This document shows positions 1 to 8,940 of a DNA stretch of 20,000 nt, one piece after another; position 1 is the stretch's first letter; each line of letters begins with the position of its first letter. The stretch spans positions 12,930,122-12,950,121 of the forward strand of contig NC_057754.1 of assembly GCF_004010195.1 (NCBI RefSeq), in the 5' to 3' direction. The notes under the pieces are model-generated. The model was not told the origin of the DNA and did not search any database. It worked only from the letters and a program-made list of their open reading frames with translations. Made by a program: the position numbers and the translations under genes. The stretch is from Chiloscyllium plagiosum (Eukaryota).

Positions 1-123
1 CTCTTTTAAAGCTTTTCACCTCACCTTCAATCTGTGTGCTCTAGTTTTGAACTTCCCCAACCTCAGAAAATATCCTTGGTTATTCGCCATTTCCACGGCC
101 CTCATGATTTTATAAACCTCTAT
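1..123 (-). mobile_element. CR1 LINE fragment (ORF2 C-terminal region), cut by the Penelope insertion
   Basis: 'ctcatgattttataaacctcta' and upstream sequence resemble the CR1 3' region seen at ~10830-10860 and ~19430-19460; similarity stops where the inverted Penelope segment begins. Confidence 0.7.
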
Positions 124-355
124 CTGCCGCTTCCGGTTGTCAGTTCCAGCTGTCCGCTGCAGTGGCCAGTGTATTAGGTCCAGGTCGATGTGCTTATTGA
201 TTGAATCTGTGGATGAGTGCCATGCCTCTAGGAATTCCCTGGCTGTTCTCTGTTTGGCTTGTCCTATAATAGTAGTGTTATTCCAGCCGAACCCATGTTA
301 CTTGTCATCTGAGTGTGTGGCTACTTAGGATAGCTGGTCATGTCGTTTCGTGGCT
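121..355 (-). mobile_element. Inverted 5' copy of the Penelope-like element 3' region (GIY-YIG C-terminus / pLTR part)
   Basis: Ungapped reverse complement of 2291-2525; about 15 mismatches in 235 nt by manual count. ORFs 137..328(+) and 2237..2557(-) give near-identical peptides. Confidence 0.95.
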
Positions 356-399
356 CGTCGTGACAAGCCTGGGACACAACCAGACAGAACGGATTCAGG

Positions 400-2603
400 A
401 TGATCCAGGTAATGATTACAGACGCACACAACAGACTACACAAATACAGACAAGAAATTGCGCGCCAAAAATCGTTTATTTCAAAAACCACCAATCAGGA
501 TTGGACCCGGACCATAGAACAGGCCATCACCATAGTACAGAACAGGACCACACACCGCAAAAAAGGCACTAAACGAAAAAATGGCCAAACTAACACATAA
601 CAGAGAGGACACCACAACACACTCCTGGGTTAGAAACATCTCCCACAGACAGCTCACAGACACGGAAAGAACAACACTGGCCAAGGGACTCAATTACAAC
701 CACAGGGTCGCCAAGACAGCAGACTTCCTAGCAGCACTACAATGCACACTCAGAAACGAAGGACTGACAGAAGAGACACAACAAACAGTGAGACAAAGTA
801 TCGTACCACTGATAACAAGGAAAAGACAAACACATTAACTCAACACCAAGGAGAGGGAAGCAGTAATAGCACTAAAAAACGATAAGAACATAATCATACT
901 ACCAGCAGACAAAGGCAGAATGACGGCCATCCTGGACAAACCAGACTACATCCAAAAAGCGCAACAACTACTTACTGATACCAACACCTACCAAAAGAGG
1001 GAGTTTGACCCCACGCCACAGCTCGCCAGTAGGATAAACAACACATTAAGGAACCTACAAAAAAACGGACAGATAACCAGGTTTGATCTACAGAGAATGA
1101 AACCCGAAAGCAACAACACCCCCAGATTATATGGACTACCTAAAGTGCACAAACCAGACACCCCACTCAGACCCATAGTATCACTACAAGGGACACCATC
1201 ACACAAACTGGCTAAAGAACTGCAGTAGAAACTGAAACACCTGATCAACTGATCCAGACACTCTATACAGTCAACACAGGAATTCTTGGACATCATCAGA
1301 AATATACACATAGACAAGGAAGAGATTATGGTCTCATTTGATGTAACGGCACTGTTCATCTCTATCGACAAAACCCTAGCCAGAGAAACAATAGCCAACC
1401 TGCTGGACATACATAACAGTCAACAAGACCGGGAACCTATCAACAAAGACTGCATACTCAAACTACTGGACCTGTGCCTCACAACACACTTCATATTCAA
1501 CAACCAATATGTGAACAAATCAACGGCACACCCATGGGCTCACCCATCTCTGGACTCATAGCAGAAGCGGTAATGCAAAGGTTAGAACAAACAGTCTAAC
1601 CGCAAATTCAACTCAAACTCTGGGTCAGATATGTGGATGATAACTTTGTAATCATTAAAAACACAGAAATCGAGAACACACACCGGATCATCAACGCAAC
1701 ACTCACAGGAATCCGATTCACGAGAGAGGAAGAAAAGGACAACCAACTCCCATTCCTAGACGTTATGATACAGAGAACGCCGAACGGAGAATTCACCACA
1801 AAGCTATACAGGAAAGCCACACACACAGACCAAGTCCTAAACTACGAAAGCAACCACCCCAACACACACAAAATAAGTTGCATCATGACACTGTTCGAAA
1901 GGGCCACACCACACTGCAGTACACCAGAACTGCAAAAAGAGGAAGAAGAACACCTATACAATGTCTTTGCCAAAAACTGATACCTCCGCAATTTCATCAT
2001 CAGATGCCTAAGGGAAAGACAACGAAATGAGGACATGCCACAACCCAAAGTACTAGCCATACCCTAACCTACATCAAAAACATTTCTGAACTGACAGCCA
2101 GACCACTAGAATTCATAACAGCACACAAGTCAACAGCCACTCTCAGACAACAACTCACCAGGACAAAGGACCCGATATCCAGCATGAGCAAAACCAATGT
2201 GGTGTACAAAATACCATGCAAGGACTGCACAAAACACTACATAGGACAAACAGGAAGACAGCTAGCTATCCGCATCCATGAACACCAACTAGCCACGAAA
2301 CGACATGACCAGCTATCCTTAGTAGCCACACACTCAGATGACAAGCAACATGAGTTCGACTGGAACAACACTACTATTATAGGACAAGCCAAACAGAGAA
2401 CAACTATGGAATTCCTAGAGGCATGGCACTCATCCACAGATTCAATCAATAAGCACATCGAAATGGACACAATATACCGGCCACTGCAGCGGACAGCTGG
2501 AACTGACAATCGGAAGCGGCAGATAAAAATCACGTTAAATGCCGGAGGAAACATCACAGAAGCGCTTCACAGGAGGCTCCCAAGCACTGAGGATGTCACC
2601 TAA
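400..2603 (+). pseudogene. Disrupted PLE polyprotein ORF (N-terminal region, RT, GIY-YIG endonuclease)
   Basis: Collinear ORF pieces 400-600, 581-838, 920-1228, 1286-1561, 1633-1980, 2184-2603 separated by stops and frameshifts; final stop TAA at 2601-2603. Confidence 0.9.
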
Positions 2604-2623
2604 ACAGGGGACGAAACGTCTGC
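2584..2623 (+). ncRNA. Minimal type I hammerhead ribozyme of the PLE pLTR
   Basis: GCA(2584-86) CTGAGGA(2587-93) T GTCACCT-AAAC-AGGGGAC (helix II, 6/7 pairs) GAAAC(2613-17) GTC(2618-20) TGC(2621-23). CUGANGA and GAAA core intact, GCA/TGC helix I, palindromic ACGT in the helix III region. Confidence 0.85.
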
Positions 2624-2716
2624 AACACAAATTCCCAGCTCGGCGAACAGAACCACAACATATATTCAACTCATTCCACCAAAACAAATTACACTATTTC
2701 CCAGCTGCTTTTAGAT

Positions 2717-2832
2717 CTGATGCATGCTGAGTGGACTGAAAACTTTAACTCTGTTTTTCTCTCAACAGAAGCTGCCAAACCTGTTCCGTTTCCCCAGCAC
2801 TTTGTATCTTTTTGTTTCAGATATTCAGTAGC
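2717..2832 (+). mobile_element. Old short repeat derived from a PLE 3' end (degenerate hammerhead plus tail)
   Basis: 'ctgatg...gactgaaaactttaactctgtttttctctcaacagaagctgccaaacctg...tttccccagca' resembles 8232-8311 and a common shark PLE-derived repeat (from memory). Confidence 0.55.
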
Positions 2833-2870
2833 TTTCTTTTTTTTATTTAATGTTTCTTTTTGGTATTTCA

Positions 2871-3240
2871 TGGGATGTCAGCGTCACTGTGAAGGGCAGC
2901 ATTTGATGACCATCACTAATTGCCCTTAATTGTGATCATTCCACAAGGCAGTACAGAGCCAAGCACATTGTTGTGGGTCTGAAGTCAGTCTCAATCCAGA
3001 CCAAATAACGATGTTAGATTTCTTTACCAAAGCACATCAATGAAACAGATAGATTTTTAGACAAAAATCGCCTCGTTTTATGGTTGCAGTTCGTGCATTT
3101 GTTTTTATTTCGCTTCTTATCACTTGAATTTAAGTTCTGCGATCAGCTGTGGTAGGATTTGAGACAGTATCTTTAGTATTCTAACCTGTGCCTCTGAATT
3201 ACCTATCCAGCGACATTACTACTCTGACACGGTGTCCCTA
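2871..3240 (-). mobile_element. Deu-domain (SacSINE1-like) tRNA-derived SINE, diverged
   Basis: Tail 'gggatgtcagcgtcactg...catcactaattgccctt', core 'cacattgttgtgggtctgaagtca...ccagacca', tRNA-like head at ~3150-3240; similar to 17251-17463. Confidence 0.65.
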
Positions 3241-3657
3241 TCGTGAACATACTTTAGAGACATTACAAGTTTGTGATCGATTTATTCGTAACTGGAGCAG
3301 TGGCCAGAAGACAACTGTAACTGTAAAGTATGACCTTTCACAAGGCATAGGCAATGGTTTATTCAGCAACGGCACTGACACAATGGTGGAGACTCAGGGT
3401 ATTATGAAGCTGGTAGTGGGCAGATTTGGTGATGGAGACAATACCAAGACATACATCAGTTCAACGCAAAAAGGGTCCTCACAGTTTTGTTTCAGACGTC
3501 TGTGAGGGAGGAGTCTGAAATTTGTGTATAATGAATGGATTTTATAATGGAACTAGATACAATAGTTTCTGTCTTTACCAGATAGAGATAACAAAAAAGC
3601 AATGAAGTTCCACATGGCTTATGGAATTAATAAATAGATAGAGAGTGAAAAACTTAC

Positions 3658-3874
3658 CAGGAACACCAACAATAGCGAGGGTGGGATAATAACCTGCCTG
3701 AATAATCATCAGTGCACCGTATATTTGCCATGATAATGTTGACCTAGGCCAGGAAAACAAGAAAAGACCATCGGATAAACTCCTGTGCATTGTTGTAACA
3801 TTCCAGTCTATTGTTCTCAGATACTGATCGATTATTGGAATATTCCAGTCTAATGTTCTCAGGTTATGATCCAT
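3658..3874 (-). CDS. Putative first coding exon of a GPR139/GPR142-like class A GPCR (N-terminus and start of TM1); rest of gene not in window
   Basis: ATG at 3874 in good Kozak context (gtaATGg); 72 codons + 1 nt ending '...MIIQAGYYPTLAIVGVP' then canonical donor G|GTAAGT (3657-3652). YYxxLxxxGxP resembles GPR139 TM1 (YYSLLLCLGLP, recalled, with an intron at the same place); N-glycosylation sequon NVT. Confidence 0.75.
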
Positions 3875-3913
3875 TACTGGAACATTCAAGTCTGTTGTTC
3901 TCAGATTCTGATA
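3788..3913 (-). repeat. Coding tandem repeat, 3 x 42 bp (6 x 21-bp subunits), in the GPCR N-terminus / 5' UTR
   Basis: Units 3913-3872, 3871-3830, 3829-3788 translate in frame as YQNLRTTDLNVPVM / DHNLRTLDWNIPII / DQYLRTIDWNVTTM. Confidence 0.9.
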
Positions 3914-4658
3914 TCTCCTCTCCCTGCCTCTGTAGCTACTGACTCCGTTAGTGTTGGAGGTGATGTGTCTGCTGCTACCATGGGATAAAGCACCGAAAGA
4001 CGTCCCTTACTAATAGGAGAGAGAAAGCTCTATTGACACAGTTTGAGTGTCCATAGAGACTGACATCAATCACAGTTACTGAACAACGAGTTCCAGTTAA
4101 CCCCTTTTTCTACAGCATTTTCAGCTCACATTAACAACTGAAATGGATTGGATGGCGACATCATTAGGTATTGGTCTCATCTCCAATCACTAGTGAAGTC
4201 AGTGCTGAGGTGGGGGTGGGGGGGTCTGATGGATGTTTTCTTTTCGCAGATGAGATGTTTCTGCTGTGTTGTTCATGTTCAATGTTGTAATGGCTTGAAG
4301 CCCCAAAAATCACACAATCAAGTTGTTGTTATTGTGCTGTTCTCTCCTCCGCTCGAACAATTGCCAACCAAAAGATTGTCCCTGGGCAGAGTTGCCCTGG
4401 CCTTACAGAGGAAGTTTGTACAGGTGTGGACATTACTCTGACTGCTGTCTGAAGGCAATGCTGAAATGTCAACACACAAGTTGCGCTCAAGTTTTTTTTA
4501 AATTGGCATGCATCTTATTGCTGTTTTATTCGCTTTAAATCAGTGAGAATTACATTTTTTTACTTCAGTCCAAAGGGAAAATAAATGGCATGAACAAAGA
4601 CCTTGTTCATTAAAACTAATGGATTAATGAAAAAGGGACAGAATGAAAATAACATTAG

Positions 4659-5220
4659 GTTATGTCAGGGCCCGGGTGTCCTTGGAGAAGGAGCACGCGG
4701 TGTCCACCAACATCCTGGAGTTGTTCAGGGAGAGGTCGGTGCCGCAGGGAGTAGAGTGCATTATTTCCCCCTCCTACTCTATTTTGATTAAGTCCCTGCC
4801 CTCCCCTTCACTGTTTTGATCACACAGAACTACCCTTTGATGTGAAGGGCAGTGCTTGTCACCGGCCAGCCGGGTGTTTTCCTTTCTTCCTGTTGGTGGA
4901 AATTGAATAAAGATTCGTACACTTTGTGTTTTTCAATGTGTCTCACACCTGCACACACACAACAGGGGTGCTGGGGTAAAAATAAGCACTACCGCAGTTA
5001 GGCGGTAGTGTGTGGGTTAAATTTTAAAGAAAAGAAAAAAAAGAAAAAAATGAACAGGAGTTTTTTGTCACTGGCCATTCGGGTGTTTTCCTATCTTCCT
5101 GGTGGTGGAAATTGAATAAAGATTCGTACACCTTGTGTCTTTCACTGTGTCTCATACCTGAAAAAAAAAACAGAAGTGCCTGTTTGATCACGACGCATCA
5201 CCCTTTGATGTGAAGAGAAA
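4659..5220 (+). mobile_element. 5'-truncated Tx1/L1-clade-like LINE 3' end with appended extra 3'UTR fragments, bounded by a 17-bp TSD
   Basis: TSD AATGAAAATAACATTAG at 4642-4658 and 5221-5237; ORF2-like C-terminus YVRARVSLEKEHAVSTNILELFRERSVPQGVECIISPSYSILI; AATAAA; A-rich tail ~5026-5050. Clade call from memory. Confidence 0.75.
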
Positions 5221-5386
5221 AATGAAAATAACATTAGTTAGGAGACAGAAAGGAATGGGAACAGTGGTTGTGGAGATTTGAGGGGAATACAACGATAATC
5301 CCCCAGTCACCATAACGCTTTTTGGCAGACAGAATGAAATGCAAAACAGAGCAATGAAACTGAGATAGAACGCTGATTGCTGATGT

Positions 5387-5668
5387 GGCTCTGTGGGTCA
5401 GGGATTAGCGCTACACTACACAGTGCTCGGGGTCTGGTTTGATTCCAACCTCAGGCGATTCACTGTGTGAAGTTTGCATCTTCTTCCCAGGTCTGTGTGT
5501 ATTTCATCCCACAGTTCAAAGATGTGCAGATTAGGTGAATTGGCCCAGCTAATCTTCTCACTGTGTTCACCGAAGTGTAGGTTAGGCACATTAGTGAAGG
5601 GTCAATATCTGGGGTAGAAGAATGGGTCTGTGTAGGCTACTCTTCCAAGGACCTGTTTCCACATTACA
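5387..5668 (+). mobile_element. HE1-like (V-SINE) tRNA-derived SINE
   Basis: A-box-like 'gtgggtcagggattagc', B-box-like 'ggtttgattcc', V-domain-like 'tgtgtgaagtttgca...cccacagttcaaagatgtgcagattaggtgaattggc', CR1-type tail 'ggacctgtttccaca'. Confidence 0.8.
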
Positions 5669-5767
5669 TTCATTCGATGAATGTGAACAGGAAATATCAA
5701 ACGGAAAGAATAGTATGCTACATAAGTGTTTACTGAGTGGATATACTGTTCGACAGGGTTGTGCACA

Positions 5768-7639
5768 TATAGAACATAGTACATTACAGCGCAGTACAGA
5801 TCCTTCTGCCCTCAATGTTGCGCCGACCTATGAAACCAATCTGAAGCCCATCTAACCTACACTACTCCACTTTTCATCCATATGCTTATCCAACGACCAC
5901 TGAAATGGCCTTAAAGTTGGCGAGTCAACTTCTGTTGCAGGTAGTGCGTTCCACACCCCGCTCCTCTTTGAGTAAAGAAACCACCTCTGACATCTGTCCA
6001 TTACATCTCAATTTAAAGCTAGGTATCCTCCTGCTAGCCATTACTATCCAAAAACAGGCTCTCGCTATCCAGCCTATCTAATCTCTGATTATATTATATG
6101 CCTGAATTAAGACACCTCTCAACAGTCTCTCAAAAGAAAACAGCCTCAAGTCCCTCAGCCTTTCCTCATAAGACATCCATACTAGGCAACAACCTAGTAA
6201 AGCTCATCTGAACCCTTTCCAAAGATACCACATCCTTCAGTGAATGAGGTGACCAGAACTGTGTTCAATAGTCCAGCTGCAACATGACCCAATGGCTCTG
6301 AAACTCAATCCCTCTACTAATAAAAACAAACACACCATATTCCTTCGGAATAACCCGATGAAACTGGGTAGCAACATTCAGGGATCTATGTACATGGACA
6401 CTGAGGAATCTCTACTCATCTACACGACCAAGAGTCTTACCAAGAGCCCAATACTGTGCATTCCTGTTGCTCTATCCAAAGTAAAATACCTGACATTGTT
6501 CCACATTGCATTCCATTTGCCACCTCACAGCCCAGCCTCCAAATTATCTGTGTCCTGCTGTAACCCACAACATCATTTGGCACTATCCACAACTCTAGCA
6601 CCCTTAGTGTCATCTGCAAATTTACGAACGTATCCTTCTACGCCATCATCCAGATCGTTTATAAAACTGACAAAACAGATCCTTGCGGTACACCACTAGT
6701 AACTGAACTCCAGGATGAACATTTCCCATCAGCTACCACCCTCTGTCTTTTTTCAGCCAGCCAATTCCTGATCCAAACCGCGAAATTACCCTCCAACCCA
6801 TGCCTCTGTATTTTTTGCAATAGCCTATCGTGGGGAAAAATGTGAGGACTTCAGATGCTGAGATCAGAGCTGAAAATGTGTTGCTGGAACTCTCCTGCTG
6901 CGCTTCTCCTATCGTGGGGAACCTTACCAAACGCTTTACTGAATGTCATATGCACTACTTCAACCGTTTTACCCGCATCCACCTGTTTGGTCACCTTCTC
7001 AAAAAATCCAATAAGGTGTGTGAGGCACGACTTACCCTTCACCAAACCGTGTTGACTATACCTAATCAAATTATTCCTTTCTAGATGAGTATAAACCCTA
7101 TCTCTTTAACAATTTCAACACTTTACCCACAACCAAAGTAACGCTCACTGGTCTATCATTCGACTCTACTCCCCTTCTTGAATAAGGTAACATTTGCTAT
7201 CCTCCAGCCTTCTGCACTATTCCTGTAGACAATGACAACATTAAGATCAAAGCCAAAGGCTCTGCAATTTCGTCCCTGGCTTCCCACAGAATCCTAGGCT
7301 AAATCCCATCCAGCACAGGGGAGTTATCTATTTTTAAACTTTCCAGAATTGCTAACACCTCTTTCTTGTGAACCTTTATCCTATCTAATCTGCTGACTTG
7401 TATCTCAGGATTCTCCTCGTCAGCATTGGCTATTTTCTAGTGTGAATACTGATGAAAAAAATGACTTAGCGCTTTCCCTATCTCCTCTGACTCCAAGCAC
7501 AAATTCCCACTACTACACCTGATAGGCCCTAATGTTATTTTAGTCATTTTTAAAAATCCTGATATAGTTATCGAAAGCCTTCGGGTTTTCCTTGACCCAA
7601 TCAACCAACGACTTCTCATGTCCCCTCCTGGCTCTTCGA
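5768..7639 (-). mobile_element. CR1 LINE, 5'-truncated, internally deleted, diverged
   Basis: Collinear with 10501-12360; RT peptides 'SQHGLVKGKSCLTHLIGFFEKVT', 'VKENPKAF'; tail 'tagaacatag'; possible TSD TGCACA (5762-5767, 7640-7645). Confidence 0.9.
6838..6907. mobile_element. 70-bp PLE-3'-end-like insert inside the CR1, flanked by a 14-bp duplication
   Basis: CCTATCGTGGGGAA at 6824-6837 and 6908-6921; the paralogous CR1 site (~11627-11640) is uninterrupted. Confidence 0.75.
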
Positions 7640-7822
7640 TGCACAGAATACTCAGAATTAAAAACCACGACATGAATAACACAATGTGCAGGGCCATGGA
7701 AAGAATACGGAACAACATCAGTAGAAATATAGCTCATTACGTGCTGATACAGAGATGTTGGCTCCAGTAACCACCGCCTTTGTTATAATAATGATATACA
7801 ATTCTAAAGTGTTAAAATAAAA

Positions 7823-8090
7823 CATTCAGGCCATCGAGCTGACAATGATCCTCTGAAGAACATTGCACCCAGATCCACCTCCTACACGATTCCTCTATCT
7901 CCCCTTGTTAAAGAAAGTAATTGCAGATAAACAATTGGGAAGAATCAGAAACACCTGGACAAAACACTTGCAGACACGGGAAGAATATGAAAGCTGAATA
8001 CAGACGGTGGCCCTAGGGTGGAATTGGGCGCATGTTCCCATGTGCTTCGAGACAGCTGTGCTAACCACTGAGCCACCGTGCCACCCACCC
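7823..8090 (-). mobile_element. HE1-like SINE
   Basis: Reverse complement starts GGGTGGCACGGTGGCTCAGTGGTTAGCACAGCTG (tRNA-like A box); V-domain-like 'aaacacttgcagacacgggaagaatatgaaagct'. Confidence 0.85.
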
Positions 8091-8126
8091 AAATATGTCA
8101 CTGTGCTAGCGTATACGAGGGAACTT

Positions 8127-8320
8127 GGAAATCTCAGATACAAGTGGAAAATATTGGTGAAACTAAGGCTGATGAGTCAGTATCTTGAGAGTGAAAGAGA
8201 GTAAACATATTGAGACGAACATGACTCTGTTCTGAAAAAGTCATATTGATCTCAGAACGTTCATTCTCTTTCTGCTCAGATGCTACTGAACTTGTTGAAG
8301 TTTTCCAGCAATTCCAACTT
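8127..8320. mobile_element. Degenerate fold-back made of two inverted PLE-derived 3' ends
   Basis: Nested complementary blocks ATGACT(8221-26)/AGTCAT(8239-44), TGAGA(8211-15)/TCTCA(8250-54), GAAAGAGA(8193-8200)/TCTCTTTC(8265-72); hammerhead relic CTGAAAA...CAGAACGTT (8232-8261). Confidence 0.6.
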
Positions 8321-8744
8321 CCTTTTTCTTTTGGAGTGTGGATGTTTTTCTGATATGATAGAGAACAGTGAAACTGCCATTTCAGTTAGCTCTCATGTAT
8401 TTGGTTATGGTCATTGAATGAAAAATTAAAAACTTTTTATTTGACAGAGACCTAAATATTAATAATATTTTCTGTGTCATAAATCACCATGAAAATGTTG
8501 AATTCAGTGGCCATGAATCACATGATCAATCCTCAATAAGTAACCAATTGAATTAAGGATCCCAATCATTACCTCAGTATCATATCATGCTCCTGGTGTC
8601 ACTCGGGTCATACTTATTCAGAAAGATCTTACATTTCTGAAACTTTAGATGAAACTGTGGAAACATAAGGTACATTGATACAGGGCATAGTCATCCACGG
8701 GTTTTGGAAGGAACTAGCATGGGCAGATTTTACGTGTCAAACAC

Positions 8745-8940
8745 AATCACTCTGGAAAAGGCGACATAGAGCAGCCTACTTGAATCTCTTCTGTCCAATG
8801 GATGCACATACACACGGAGCTGCTTGTAGGCGCATTCCGAGATGTTTTAACAACTGGTAGTGAAGGAAGAGCAATTTAGTTCCTAGTCAGGATGACATGT
8901 AACTTTGAAGATAACTTGTAGAGATTGTTTTCCCATTGTT
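8745..8940 (-). mobile_element. Ancient CR1/L2-group LINE 3' fragment
   Basis: 'agtgaaggaagagcaatttagttcctagtcaggatg' is the reverse-complement relative of 'ttctgacttgaatcgaaaccattttcccttcactgtc' at ~14211-14247. Confidence 0.5.

Larger units (their letters stand above)
356..2660 (+). mobile_element. Penelope-like retroelement (PLE), 5'-truncated/inverted, decayed
   Basis: RT motifs 'PRLYGLPKVHKPDTPLRPIVS', 'MVSFDVTALF', 'GTPMGSPISG' (frameshifted), WVRYVDD (YVDD at 1630-1641), 'LPFLDV'; C-terminal GIY-YIG 'VVYKIPCKDCTKHYIGQTGRQLAIRIHEH'; hammerhead motif at the 3' end; A/C-rich coding strand. Confidence 0.95.

Noticed and set aside
988..2557. Minus-strand ORFs over the PLE, and plus-strand ORFs over minus-strand CR1s
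   Set aside because: Antisense shadows of retroelement coding sequence.
3575..3657. C-terminal part of ORF 3575..3889 (GKFFTLYLF...)
   Set aside because: Lies after a canonical splice donor, so it is intronic read-through; the listed start at 3889 is TTG.
5387..5460. tRNA gene (also ~8020-8090)
   Set aside because: tRNA-derived SINE heads followed by SINE body; no full cloverleaf.
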